Positions 12,028-26,312 of a DNA stretch of 64,000 bases are shown one piece after another; the first letter of the stretch is position 1, and each line of letters opens with the position of its first letter. The stretch is from positions 1,488,001 through 1,552,000 of the forward strand of contig NW_027191411.1 in the NCBI RefSeq assembly GCF_041146345.1, given 5' to 3'. Origin of the DNA: Neodothiora populina (lineage: Eukaryota). Position numbers and translations under genes: made by a program. The notes under the pieces were generated by a model. That model had not been told where the DNA came from, searched no databases, and was given only the letters and a program-made list of their open reading frames with translations.

Positions 12028-13697
12028 GGTTCTAGTCTGTGGAAGCCCCCGAGCAAGAGGGATATCTTTCAGTCAAATACAAGACTCTGTTCATCTCCTA
12101 CTACAGCATTAATGATATGAACAAGATAAAGACCACCGACTCATGAGCCCAGCAGGTTTCTCTCTTCTTTTGTTGCCGCCGAGTCTACCGTTCTTCGATG
12201 TACAAAGAAAGGAAGAATTTATTGTCCTAGCTACTACTACATCAGCGCCGGCTCCTATTCCATGGAGCCGGAAGCATCGCCCAGTTCATGTGATAGCTGT
12301 CTCCTTTGTTCTACCCATTCGTGACTTGCAGATGTAAGGTCTGGCCGCATGTGGTGCTGAACAACAGCGAGCGATACTCGAGGGAGGAGAAAGGATTTCT
12401 ATGTGCTTTCATGTGCTATTTCTCATCGAGCATGAGTATGAGCATGAGCGGAGGTCTAGAGGAAGGAGGTGAGGTTTGCATGCTATTGGTCTTAGATGGC
12501 TGTGACTTGAAGCAAGGGATGACGAGAGTATACGACGTCTCTGAGGGTACTACGCAGCAATTCTGGCGTTCGTTCCCTCGATTTATCGACGACAGCAGTC
12601 TCTCCTTTTTTTTGCCGTCTTCTTTCATCAAGATATCCTTCGCGTGAAATTATAAGTGAAAAATCGCGGATGATGTTTCGCTTGTCTATCGTCAACTACC
12701 GCTTCAGATGGACTACAGCAGATCCACAACACACACACATTTAGAAGTCTCTGTCATCACCAGACACATATTGCAACCAACCTCCCATCCAACCCGAGGA
12801 GAAAGCAAATATTCGTGGTTCTTGTCGGTGCATATGAGCCGACAAGTAGAGCGATGGAGACAGGGTTGCCCTGCAACCAAGGATATGCTAGATGCACTCT
12901 TGTAGATCGGAAGAACTGTACCTAGGCATGCACAGACCCCTCCGCTCCAATCACATGTGAAAGCTGTCCTAGCAAGATACAAGTATCGTACTAGTGACCG
13001 CCTAAGGTACCTTAATAGGCTGCAGTAGCACTAATTAATTGTATGCTGGAAGAACATGACACGTGGACCGTTGCACAAATGCCATGTTCGGTGCAATAAT
13101 GCCATTATTCAATCGCTGGTCGTTTCTTACTGACACAAAGTGAAAGACAATGTGGTTGATTCAGATGCCGTAAGGTACAAGGCTATAGAACGAGGCGATT
13201 GTTTACGATATATGCTGTGCTTTCGTACCACTTGTGATATAGTCGTACTGTACACATAATAATAAATGTTCCACCAAACCAATTACCTTGTGATACACAC
13301 ATACATTACTGCCTATAAGAGCATAAACCCCACTAAGGTTCACATCCACTGCCCCCGCGCGTGCGGTCACGGTCCTTTTTAATTGCTCAGACCCCAATTT
13401 CCACCGCACACTCCACTTCCGCTCCACTCCTCTGACCTTATAATCCACCCGCCGAGTGCATTCAGTCACTACGACCTTCCATCACCTTCGCTTGCTCGCT
13501 CACTCGCTTGTTAGCTGCGGGAAACAGAAGCGCTCGCCGAGACTCGGACTTTCCTCCTTTATATACCAACGCACCGTCCACCCTGCTCTGCGACTATTCT
13601 GCACACCACACGCTACAAGGCATTGGCATATAGTGTTCGCTTCCAGAAGTGATAGTTTCTTTCCATTTGTTCCTATGCTCTATCGCGTCCTGTCTTC

Positions 13698-16600
13698 ATG
13701 AGTTCAAGCGGCATACAGGGTAATGACCCTGGTTCGTTGGGGCAAGTCCGGGAACGAGGAAACATACCTCAGGCCGAACATCACCAGGATGACGCCGGTA
13801 AGACAGTGAGAGAACTGAATGAGAAAGAGGCTGGCAAACTTGACAAGGATAAAAAGACGTATGGCCGGACGCCAGATGGTACAGGTGCGTTATCCAGAAA
13901 ACCGCAATTGCATATACTCCGCAGAGAAGGAAAGAAGAAGAGCGACGTGGCATAGTAGTCCCGCTCCACATGACCAACAAGCATAACCACCAATTCTCAA
14001 TTGTCTTGGTTCAAGAACTTCTTCTGACCCCTGCTGCTGCTTCCAACGCCCCATTGTCCTCGTCGTGCACAGGTGTGCCTCATGGCTAACACAACAGCGC
14101 AGTCTTCGTCGTGCCCCAAACTCATGACATGGTGTCTCAGCTACTCTCCCCAACGCAACCAAAAAATGTATCTGATGTCATCATCTTGACCGTGCTTGCC
14201 TGGCATCTTGCTCTGCTATATCTGCTGCCGCGCTGGCTCAGTATCCCCTTCTTCGCTGTCACCTATCTGTTCTGGCGTGCTGGGTATAACGTCGGCATAG
14301 GATGGCTCCTGCATGTCCAGTCCCATCACAAGCAGCTTGTAACCTGGGCCAAAAAGTCAAAGATCTTTGAAGATCCCCAAAAGGGACAGAATCCCCATCC
14401 GCAACTGTATAAGCAACTGAAGCGTGAGCTCGAGACCAAGATCGCCACCGACTACACGTTCGAGGACGCGCCCATCGAGTACAATACCTGGTTACTCTTC
14501 AGGAGGGTCGTTGATTTGATCCTCATGGCAGACTTCACCTCGTATTGTTGCTTCGCGATCGCGTGTGGTGGCCGTCCCGCCGGTGAATCTGTGGCCATGA
14601 CAATCGCCCGCTGGGTGTGCGGATTTGCCCTCGTGGCTTTCAACCTCTGGGTCAAGCTCGACGCACACAGAGTGGTCAAAGACTTTGCCTGGTACTGGGG
14701 CGACTTTTTCTATCTCGTCGACCAAGAATTGACCTTCGATGGCGTCTTCGAGATGGCTCCCCACCCCATGTACTCTGTCGGCTATGCCGGCTACTACGGC
14801 ATCTCACTCATGGCCGCAAGTTACAAAGTTCTCTTCATCTCCATCGTTGCCCATGCTGCACAATTTGCCTTTTTGACCTTTGTGGAAAACCCGCACATTG
14901 ATAAGACCTACAACCAACCTCCGCCAACCTCCCGAAAGCAACGTAGTGAATCCCAAAGCAGCCTCGAACCCCCAAAATCTCCGCTTCTCGAAAGTGGCCA
15001 CACCAGTGGCCATCATCCCATCGCGACAAACGAGAAGCCTTCCGACATCCACAATCTCCTGGGTCTACACAACACCGACTTCCATCGCGTCACTGATATC
15101 GCTGTTCTTGTTATGCAATTCTATATGTACAGCATCGCTTGTCTCACCCCGTCAACCACGCTGTGGCAGACGCTATTTGTAACCAATGCCGTTGTCTGGA
15201 GATTCTGGTACAACATTGGCCTCGGCTTTATCTTAGACAGACAGTCGAAGAAGAAGAATTGGACCCGTCACTTCGTCAAGTATGGTGAGAGCACAGAAGA
15301 AGCGTGGAGACAGTGGAAAGGTGTCTATCATATTAGCATGACCATGTGTTACACTAGCTTCCTGTGCGCCGCATGGAAGATGTACTACCTGCCGCCTGAT
15401 TGGACGTACGGAATGGCTCTCTTGCGCCACGTTCTCGGGTTTGCCATGATCGCTTTGCAACTGTGGACCATTGTCAGCATGTACGAGTCGCTCGGCGAGT
15501 TTGGCTGGTTCTACGGCGACTTTTTCTTTGATCATGCGCCCAAGTTGACCTATAGCGGTATATATCGCTTTCTCAACAATCCGGAGCGAGTCATTGGTCT
15601 CGCGGGTATCTGGGGAGTGGCAATCATCACCTGGAGTAGAGCCGTCTTCTTCCTGGCTCTGCTCAGTCACGTCTTCACGCTTGCCTTCATTCAATTCATT
15701 GAACGTCCTCACATGCAGAAGCTGTATGGCCAGACCCTCCGCGCAGAGTCAGGTGTGTCCAAGGGTCTGAAAAGGTCTTTACCTCGTCCTATAAAGCAAT
15801 GGCAGGGAAGCGTCGACCGCATCATGGAAGAGACGCTCGATTTCGTCGAGGATTTCATCGATAATGCTCGACCCAAGCTAGCTGCCGGCGTGGACACCAT
15901 TGTACGTGACACCAAGACACTATTCAAGCACTATCCAGCACGTATCAGTATCACGCGCCTCGCACCCGATCTCGCAGGCTTTGACCCGAAAGGTTATGCC
16001 ATCACTGTTGAAGGTGAGACATCACCTACCACAAAAGGTCTACAGAGACACAGTGGCCGTGAAGGCGAGATTGGACAAGAGCCCCAGCAGCACACTTCGG
16101 AGTTTAGGTCACTCATGTTCGAGTATGGTGCCCCGCTCAAGGTCAAATGGCGAGCTCCTGCGAATCATAGTAAGAACGACTGGGTCGGTTTGTACATGGT
16201 CGCGGACAATGCATCCCGGGAAGTCACCCGCGTGTCCTCCCAAGGCCGATGGTGTGCGACGACTCGAGGCGCCTACGACTCAACCACAGCGAACAGTGGG
16301 ATCCTGGTCGACAATCATGTGATTTCAACCACTGACAGCGACGGCAAACAATACTGCGAAGGCGAAATGGAGTTCTCCGGCGACAAATTATGGTGGACCT
16401 CGGGCGTCTACGAGTTCCGCTATCACCACGACGGCAAACACAACGTCATGGCCATATCCCTGCCGTTCGAAGTCTGCATCGGACGATTCGACGAAGACGA
16501 CGTCGAGGAAATCGACGAGGATGGCGCGGTCAGAGGTGCTGTCGAACAGGCTTTGCTCCCGCTGGTCAGGAACTGCTTCGATCGCGATGAGAATATCGCC

Positions 16601-17035
16601 CCTTCGAACGTTGATGAGCAGTTCGGAGAAGGATTGGAGAGAGACGGAAGATATGCCAAGAGAGTCGTCTTTGCTGTGCATCAAATGTATGTTTGCATAT
16701 TATACGCTGCTATCCTTTCCCCCTTTCTTCCCCCTGCCTTGGCTCACTGACTCCCCCATCCCTCACTCCACACATCTAACAACTCAAAAATCCAGGTTCG
16801 GAATCGAATTCGCCCCCGAAGTAGTCCTCGCCGACGGAAGCATCAGGAATCTCGCTTGGAGAATCTGCAATGCGAAAAAAGTACTTGTAAGTGACATCGC
16901 AGCGAAGTGTCAACTCAAGATTAGGGGGATTTATGATATGGTTCTCCTGGGCTGACACTTGTGGGAATTGTATAGGCGCCTTATAGCATGTCGCCCCCAG
17001 ACGGCCGCTCGACTCCTGTGGAATCCAAGTATTGA
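13698..17035 (+). CDS. CHO2: Phosphatidylethanolamine N-methyltransferase
   Basis: Exons 13698-13884, 14103-16686, 16796-16886 and 16976-17035. Motifs [59 protein letters not shown] and [14 protein letters not shown]; ends [19 protein letters not shown]. Confidence 0.95.
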
Positions 17036-18745
17036 GCGGCCCTTGCATACTTTGCGGTCTTCGGACTGACTCGAAGCTCGTCCTATGCGTCAATTCTTGC
17101 CCCAGACACCGGGAGAAAAAGTAATGGTATGTTATGGTATGTCACGGCAGGTTAAAAAGGAAGAAGAGGAAATGGAAAGTAGCGACAGGAAAACAAGTAT
17201 AAGAAGTAATCCGACTCAACGGCTGGGTAGCTGATTGTACATACTTACAAGCATGTATACATTTTGGGTTTTTCATACCTCTTCGCTTGCATTTTATTCG
17301 CTTGCATCTGAAGAGTCGAGGAGACATGGTGAGAGAAGACATGGTGGGGGTCAAGAGTAGATATTCCACAGTATACCAACAAGATACAAAGCACACGACA
17401 ACGCAGAGTGAGCGTACCCAGTAGAACCACTACCTAGCCAGCCGCTAGCCGCTAGCCTGACGCAGCAGTAGAATCTCCCATATTTCCTCCCACACTTCCT
17501 CCCTCTATGCTATACTCCCACAAGGAAAATAACCAGGCTCTTCACGCTCTGCACGCGAAGAAAGTACAACGATGCGGCAAAGAAGAGAAGAAAAAGCCCC
17601 TGATACTACTAGTACCTTTACTTACCACGAACAGCGCTACGACCACCTGAGAAAGTGATCCGTGCTGAGATTCAAGTACTTTACTTTTTCATGTAGAGAA
17701 GCTGAGATCGTCACTAATGATCCAGATTCAGTCAGGCCGGTTGACACTTGACCTGATCCGCCTCTATCCGCAGTACTTTCGTCTGCAGAGCACAGTACAC
17801 CCGACGAAGTTGCACCAATATCACAGTAGAGTAGCGTGCAATATGGTGCCTAAGTAAAACAGCGTACAAGGTAGATACAGTACCAATGTCATGTTCCCGA
17901 CCCCAGAGCTGTGGTCAGGGAAAGTACTAGCCAGCAGTAGGCTGTAGTCTTCTCTTCTTGTGTCGAGTCATACACATACCCCTAATACACTCACGTGCAC
18001 GACCTTTGTATCTAAAGAACAAGCGAAGTAGCAGAAGGAGGGAAACTACACGTTCACATTTGACTCGAGGAAAGCAAAAAACAGCAAAAAAAGGACTCGG
18101 GAATAGGACGGGCCAGATGGACTTGACTTCACTCGACCGTTCTACCTTTCCATCCTTCGATCAAAATTACCGACATGTCATGTGAAGCTACCCATCATCA
18201 CACTTGTTCCAGAACCCTTTCGTCTCGCAGTAGTGAATCTAGTACAATAGATCTGCAGAAGACGAGATCAGCCTTATGCCCCTCCCACAAGTACTACAAG
18301 TGGGCTGGACAGGTGGGCGAACGGTTGGTCCTCTTACTGCCCCCTCTCATTCTCTCCTTGGATATCAGATATCATAAGAATGCCGCGTGCATAGATACAC
18401 GTTGTTCTGGAATATCGTAGGGGTTGATCTACGATTTGTGGTGCATTGTGTGCAGCTCTATAGCTCTCAGGACCTTTTTTGTTTTCTTAGATCACTTGAT
18501 CGGCTGATCGAATATATGATCGCTTGTGCAGTAGCAACTTCGCTTTTCGATCTTCTGTTTCTTCAGACTCGGGTTGCCTGTCTTGTCAGTCCTCTATCCA
18601 TAATAGGCATTCCCACAATTCCAAATCCATGATTCAGGCAATCTCTGTTCCCGAGTAACAGAGGATGTGAAACGTGAACAGGGCGGTCGGTATTGTTGTG
18701 TAGCTCCTTACAGACTGGGCACCAGCTCCTTCTCTTTCGCAAGGA

Positions 18746-18769
18746 TGTGTGTGTGTGTGTGTGTGTGTG
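18746..18769. repeat. (TG)12 microsatellite
   Basis: Read directly from the sequence. Confidence 0.95.
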
Positions 18770-20965
18770 GTGTCCCCATGCCATGCCAATCATTTGTACA
18801 GCTCAAGAAAAGATGATTCAATAAAGCCCCGTTTGCGTTGCTATTGGATGCAGATGTATTGGGGTGCTTTCCCCACGCACTGATAACTTACATCTACAGG
18901 GAAGCCCAGCCAGACACGTGGGAACAGAAAAGGCCTCCCTGGCATATGATCATCCCATGGACCGGTTTTGCAAGTCAAGCGAGCGGGGCTCATTGTTTGA
19001 CTTTACCAACGCAGATTTCTGAGATCGTCTGGAACGGCCGGCTCTGAGCTGACTGTCATTTTTTGTGTCAATGATGCTTCGAGTAGGATTCCTTGCTGCA
19101 TTTGCCCGAAGAGACGGTGTACATGAGTACTTTCTGACAGAGATAGTCTAGAAGCCTCGAGATTTGTGTGTCATGTTACTCACATGCACGTTGGTTCTGC
19201 AGGACGGATCTGCCTATTGAATATGCATGTCTATGGTCGAGGATTTTGCCCTTTTCAGGGAAAGAGTAAGACGACTGCTTTGGACCATTTCAACAGTATT
19301 CAAAGCAAGCAAGCAAGCACGGCATTACTTTCGGCCTCGCGCATTCATTTTAATGGCGGCCTTACTATCGGGCTGAGTGCTGTGGCTCAGGTGGCGGAAG
19401 CCGAGCTCTGCTGCCGCACAGTAAAGACAAGTGATTTACTGCGTGAGCCTTTGACGTTTGCGGTCCGTTCGGCGGGCTGGTTGGTACCTAGTGTGCTCGA
19501 AACGCCCCTGACCGGTGGCAGGTTGCCGCTTGCAGCTGACCCACAGTGGTGGTCGAAACCGGTCAATAATGAGTGGAAGTCTTCCTATTGGTTGACCTGA
19601 GGCTGATGCACACGCAGCAAGTGCAGACGAAGTCGCATGTGCGCACCAGGCGGGCCGCCAATCCAGGTTTGTTATCATCGCAGCCGAGGCCAAGGGAAAT
19701 CAAAGCAAATATTGTTGATCAGTCATTCAGTCACTGGGCCACACATCCAACCGTTTACGAATCATATTCGTACACTCGCGGAGATCTCCATAGCAAGAAA
19801 AGGACTTGCTCCTTGCGACGAGGGGGAGAAGATCCACAAACAGCAGCCTTAGCGCTCTCCAGACTTTCTGGAGCATCGTGGGGACCGCGGGGATCGTGGG
19901 GCATCAAGCCCCGTGGAGAATGGAGAAGACTATTGCGCAGAGAGGAGGGACACGGACCGCTTGCGATGGGTTACATCGGACCTACATCCTTTCGATTAAT
20001 CACTGGTTTCTTATGTTTGAGCCGCATGGAGGGGGGGTCGTTTTGGCTAAATGTTACCTTACTCTCACCCGCTCCCGAGGCGTTTGCGACTTGTGTACCA
20101 TACAAGGTACAGCGACAGGATCGCGAGGGTTCTCTTGGCCTCACCTCTTGAGCGAAGCGGATGGATGACTTTTAAATATTCTTCACTATTCTTCACTATT
20201 CTTATATTGTACACCGCAGCAACGCATCAAAAGTGAAATTCGAACGCATGGTGGTTCGACGTCTTCAAAACCTTCTTACCTACCTATAGGTAGATGGCAT
20301 AGGTGGCTTATGCGTAAATGTGTAAATGCTCACGTTCACGCCGACGGCGCCTAGCACGGCGGCCCTGGCACCGGCTCGCACCCACTTGAGGCGAAGGGGG
20401 CCGCCGAACACGACATACAGCCCAAGGTAGACGCCGCGGCTGCGGTATACTGCCCAAATCATGGCGTATTTAGGCTTTGGCGAAAAGCGTTTTACACAGT
20501 CATGTGTGCATCGGCCATGCCGAAAGAAGCACCAATGCCACAGCTTGACCACAAAGTCAAGCACGACAAGCAGATGTGCAGCCAAGACTCAACTGACGGC
20601 GAGGCTTCAGTTGACCGCATCTTTTGCGTCTCCCTGCAGGGCAAGTCGTCTATCATGGGTCTTTGTACCACTTTCCTGGCAACCCACACGTACACGTGGA
20701 GGTCGTGGAGCCGAGGGCCTAGAATATGCACACCCGGGATGTGACGACTACAGACAACCACAGAAACAAAACCATTTCACGCGAAGACAAAATCAAACCT
20801 GATTATAAGGCAGTTTGAAACCACAAAACCTTGAGGCAGGTGTTTACCGCACCTCTACCGGACTTTAACTCCATATGCTCGAGTCAGTGCGCAAGCAATC
20901 ACTTACCCTTGATGCCCACGATGTGCAAGCCATTTCCGAGTGGCGCTAATAAGGGTTGTCGTAGG

Positions 20966-21182
20966 CTGGGGAGCGGCACGTTTTACTTGTACCATGGAGT
21001 AGTTCTTGCGGAGAAGCTTGGGGAACATCTCGCAGTAGTCTGCTCTAGTTTGGCGGAGGGTGCAACCAAGCGTACCCCGAAGGGGTTAGTACACTGGTAA
21101 ATCGTATATTGGACAGTCTGTGATGCATGTCTAGGAGGCCATTTTCATGCAAGGGAGTTCATCAGACACATGTATTCCCCAC
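20966..21182. promoter_or_regulatory. Four SYGGRG (CreA/Mig1-type) motifs upstream of the sugar transporter
   Basis: CTGGGG 20966, GCGGAG 21008, GCGGAG 21053 and CCCCAC 21177 (reverse strand), about 190-400 bp upstream of ATG 21368. Motif match only. Confidence 0.4.
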
Positions 21183-21367
21183 GGTACATTCCCGTCTGTT
21201 AGCCTGGACTCAAAACAGATGCCTCGGAAACGGCCTGTGTTGGCCGCCACACAAATAGTCGATCTCGAAAAAGTGAGTGCTGATCCATATATATATGTGC
21301 GACCTGTCGCCGTCGCATTCGCACTTCTTTCTTGCATATCTCGAAAGCTGTACTATAATTCCTAACC

Positions 21368-23596
21368 ATGGCGACCGAAAAGATTGATCCCGTACAGCAC
21401 ATTGACTCTTCTTCCGAGAACGAGGATGGCTACGAGGCTGGCCATGTGAACCTCAACTCTAACCTCTCTGCAAAGTGAGCACTCATACAACCGGAAGTTT
21501 TTCATTGCCTGCAACATTGCTGACATTTGCGATCCAGAATCAAGAATCCTCTCGCTGGTATTCCAAAGCACAAGATCCTCGACAACGTCAGACAGTTCGC
21601 CGAGGAGCGTGACTTGACCCATATCACCGACCTTCTGCAGCGCGGAGCTCTTGTAGCTCAGGACCCGGCCAACTTCGAGAATGTCGAGGGTCTCCAAGAT
21701 AGTGAACGGGAAGCCCTCCGCGATGAGGTTGTCCACAAGTGTAAGTATATTCTTTCATGATGTATAAGAAATCCATTAAATTAATGCGATCGCAGGGCGT
21801 CAACCTAAAGCAATGTACTTTACTGTGATTCTATGCTCAGTGGGTGCTGCTGTCCAGGGTTGGGATCAGACAGTAAGTGTATCACTAGGCGATAAGATGT
21901 CTCGCAAACTAACGCATCAATCAGGGAAGCAATGGTGCCAATCTGTCATTCCCAAAGGAATTCGGTATCGATGACAGCGACCCCACCAGCCCAGACTACG
22001 AACACAACCTTTGGCTGGTTGGTGTAATCAACGCTGCTCCTTATATCGCCTCTGCATTCCTTGGATGCTGGCTGTCTGACCCTCTTAACAACTACTTTGG
22101 CCGCCGTGGAACTATCTTTTTTTCTGCTGTATTCTGTCTGCTTACCGTCATTGGCTCTGGTTGTTCACAAACCTGGTACCAGTTATTCGTCTGTCGTCTG
22201 TTGCTGGGTATTGGTATGGGCTCAAAGGTATGCTTCAAAGTCACCGAACTGTTCTGCAAAGAGCGAGGGCTGACTTCTTTTCGCGAAACAGGCTTCAACA
22301 GTGCCCATTTATGCCGCTGAGAATGTGCCGGCACTTATTCGTGGAGGTCTTGTCATGTCATGGCAGATGTGGACAGCATTCGGTATTTTCCTCGGATTCT
22401 GCGCCAACCTCGCGGTCTACAATGTCGGAGCAATCGCCTGGCGCCTGCAGTTGGGCTCAGCCTTCATCCCCGCAGTTCCACTCGTCGTCGGCATCTACTT
22501 CTGCCCGGAGTCGCCTCGCTGGTATATGAAGAAGGGTCGCTACGCCGAGGCATACAAGTCTCTCCTACGCCTTCGCAACACCCCGCTACAAGCTGCTCGC
22601 GATCTTTACTACGTTCACGCTCAATTGATTGAAGAATCCGCCATAATCGGCGAGAGCAACTACTTCACCAGATTTATCGAGCTATTCACCATTCCCCGTG
22701 TCAGGAGAGCCACTCTTGCATCCGGGACCGTTATGCTTGCCCAGCAAATGTCAGTATCTTCGTTTCTTTCCTGCGAATGAACAGTGAACTGATGCTTCGA
22801 TTTCTAGGTGCGGTATCAACATCATCGCTTTCTACTCTTCCAGCGTCTTCGTCCAGGCCGGATCCGGAACTCTCACTGCTTTGCTCGCCAGTTTCGGCTT
22901 CGGTCTCGTCAACTTCGTCTTTGCATTCCCAGCTGTAAGTAAATCTGGAAACTGTCCATTTCTGTGCAACAAGTGACTGATTTTACTGATTAGGTCTGGA
23001 CAATTGACACTTGGGGACGTCGTGCTCTTCTCCTCTTCACTTTCCCCCAGATGGCATGGACTCTCCTCGCAGCCGGTCTATGTTTCCTGATCCCCGAGGA
23101 CAGCAAAGCCCATCTAGGACTGATTGCTCTGTTCATCTTCCTCTTCGCAGCATTCTACTCTCCCGGCGAAGGTCCCGTGCCATTCACCTACTCTGCCGAA
23201 GTATTCCCTCTCTCCCACCGTGAAGTGGGCATGAGTTGGGCCGTAGCAACCTGTCTCTTCTGGGCCGCCGTGCTCTCGCTGACCTGGCCACGCATGGTCG
23301 CAGCCATGACGCCCACGGGCGCCTTCGGCTTCTACACCGGTCTCAATCTCCTCGCCTTCTGTTTCATCCTGCTCTGGGTCCCCGAGACCAAGCAGCGCAC
23401 GCTCGAAGAACTCGACTACGTCTTTGCCGTCCCCACTCGCACCCACATCCACTACCAGCTCACCAAGGCTGTTCCTTTCTGGTTCAAGCGCTACGTCTTC
23501 AGGAACAAGAATGCCACGCTCGAGCCTTTGTATCACTTTGACAAGGTCCAGAGTGAGGCTATGCGATCGGCCAGTATCACTGGAATGAAGAACTGA
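21368..23596 (+). CDS. MFS sugar-porter family transporter (polyol/pentose/inositol-type), multi-exon
   Basis: [85 protein letters not shown] and [12 protein letters not shown]. Several GT-AG introns. Confidence 0.92.
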
Positions 23597-23885
23597 GTTT
23601 GAGAAAGCGGGAGGCCGTGGATTTGGATGGTTATCCTCATCGTAACTTTCCTGGCTTCCGCCTTGGTTGATTTGGGACTCTTATTTAATTCAATTGATAC
23701 CTATTACCAATGATTCTGCGCTTAATAGCTGGACATAATCTTATAGTTCTCACTATACTTATCACATAATCTACTTGTGAATGAACATTACAGAATTGTC
23801 CTGCCAAATCAAGTTCGCCTTCGTGTTGTAGTGAAAATTGGCGCTAAACACTTCATCGTTAGGTAAGATAGAGCGAATAATTGAA

Positions 23886-25512
23886 TTACGTATGGCCTTT
23901 TACTTGCGAGTGGCTCTCTTCTCGTGCACGAGATGTCAGCTCGCTGTTCTCCCAAGACCTGAGCTCGTCGTCGATTTTTGTTTGTTCATTACCCTTGTGA
24001 ACAGGGTCACCGTGAACGCTATCAACTTGTCCATCCGCTTTTCGGACCATTCGCTTGTGAATCTCATGCACAGCTTCTCCGATCCGATCATGAGCTACAT
24101 CAATTAGTTGCTCCATAGTTCCTTGCACACTTCCCACAAGAAAAATGTTTTCCACAAGCGAAGCAGCATTCATGCAGTTCCACCCACCTTCTTCGGATAT
24201 CAAGGTTGTGGAAGATCGTTCAGCCATGGTCGGTAAATTCAAACGTTCCTGAACGTGCTCTACTGGCTTGATGAACCACGTGTGGAAAAGATCGAAGCCG
24301 GGAATCGTGTGCCCTTGCTCAATCTCCACCAGTCCAAGAGCATTCGGACCGAGAAGGTCGCGACCCAGGACGATGAAGTCATCATGGTTGATTGTAATGG
24401 CCATGAATACGACCTTGACAGCTATGCCTTCCATAATCGCCACAATGACTTCACATTTGTAAGTGTGTTTTGTGATAGCAGTAGTAAAAAGGATCCGGCG
24501 ACTTACCGTCCTTTTTATTCACTTCCAACTCATTGTTTTTGAGGAAGCGAAGCTGGTTGCGCAACTCGACCGTGCCACACTCAAGACAGTAAGCATTCAT
24601 TGCTGCTGCGATGAGTAGTTGTGGTGCAACAGTGGACATTATCAATGTCGAGCCCAATCCGATAGAGCTGCGTGTGATAGCCCGGACACAGTGTCGAGTT
24701 TCCCGGCGAATGTCACTCAGCTCTGCTGCTGTGAATATCCTAGGCAGTGGCCTAGTGTGTTGCAATTTTGGTTTTACTTCGAGCTCTGCAACCTGATCAA
24801 TGATTTGTCCATCTATATTGATACTGGTGGGTGCAGCAGAGCGCCTGTTGAGGAAGCGTTTGTCGTCCTCAACACTGGACAACACATCGGCACGATGCCT
24901 TTCGAGAGGATCATCAGTGATCAAGCAAGCAGTTGCGGAAGTATGTGGGTGAAATGGCAACAACGAGGTTAGCTTGTCAGGATACGAGCGGTGATGGGCA
25001 CCGCGCGGAGGAGTGGCCGATTCAGTAGACAATTCGAAAGCAAAAGGTCTGTTGTACTCGACATGATTTGGGTCAATGTCATGAGTGTCCGCAGACGAAC
25101 TGTAGCTAGGTCTCAAAGTGTGTCTATGATATTTTGCAGGCTGACATCTAATTTGATGCGCTCTGTTGTGGCGTGCGTTGGCATTGTTAGCAACTTCGTG
25201 AGCATGAAGTGACTTTGCAACGGGAAAGGCAATCCAGTCCTTCGGCAGACCTAATCTTGGACAATAATCTATCATAGGATGAACCTCCGCGGGTCCATGA
25301 ACACTTGATTTTGTGGAAGCAGTGGCCACTGATGGAGTTAAGTGGCATCGTTCGCTTGCCGATGGCGTGTCATGGAGCGGACTGACAAAAGCAGATGTAC
25401 TTGATCCAGCAACCTGTGAAGGAGCATAGCTCACATGTCCATGTTCGCTGATGTAAAAATAACTAGAGTGATTTGAACTTTGAGGCACAGTAGTTGAAGA
25501 TGTACCATCCAT
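23886..25512 (-). CDS. Hypothetical protein (about 520 aa): low-complexity N-terminus, hydrophobic/amphipathic C-terminal domain
   Basis: The 353-aa and 185-aa ORFs join in frame through a 58-nt intron 24506-24449 (GTAAGT...AAG), giving ...NKKD|VIVAIMEG. Confidence 0.65.
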
Positions 25513-25728
25513 TCACCTTTCTGACTAGGGATTCATCCAAGACTTTGCGAAGGAGCGGACGAGGGATCAGAAGAGCTACAGGTGTCGTTAAGCGAATTGA
25601 GCACTACTGTAGCTTACCATATCAACAGATAATTGGTGTAGAATTGAAGCTCCATCGATTCAGCCAAGCTTGGAAGTGATCGCACCTTCCCTTCCCAAAA
25701 CTCCGATGCGTCCTTCTCATCAGTCGAG

Positions 25729-26060
25729 ATGCAAGTGCAACCGGTCCTTGCCAACATCGCCTGTTTTACATTAGCTGCTATACTTCTCTTCGCCCCTGCA
25801 AGCTGCCTACCTTACCTAGGCAGTGTTGAAGACACGCAAGTGAGCGTTGAGGCTTTTGACGACCACCAAGTGTGCGTACAAAGGGTACGAGACCACCAAG
25901 AGGCAATCTCATATGCGCGTTGATAGATTTACAGCATAAGACCCAGATACATCATGGCATGTGGAGTCGGCCAGGTCATGATCAGGTAGCTAGATGGCTA
26001 CCGAGAAGTCGCAACCACGAGGCAAACTCCCGTCGCCTTGTGACGATCACATTCCACTAG
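25729..26060 (+). CDS. Possible small secreted protein
   Basis: Signal-peptide-like start MQVQPVLANIACFTLAAILLFAPASC-LP. Either stops at 25923 or splices via a weak intron (about 25870-25934) into the frame ending at 26060. Confidence 0.3.
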
Positions 26061-26312
26061 CGGTAGCGGTATCTCGAGATCGATGAATGCAAAGTCGTGC
26101 GTGTTCATGGAGAGGATCGAGCCTTATCTCAAATATCTTGCAACACGATGATGCATCATTGGCGCAGCAGCCGCGAAATGATTGCTCTTAATGCTGTTGG
26201 CCGCATTCGTTCAAGCAATGTCCAGCGTACCTCGCCAAGTCTGAACGATGCTCTACTGTATTGTACTGTACTATAGAGAGCTTCGCCGCACCAACGAAAC
26301 TATAATTCAACA

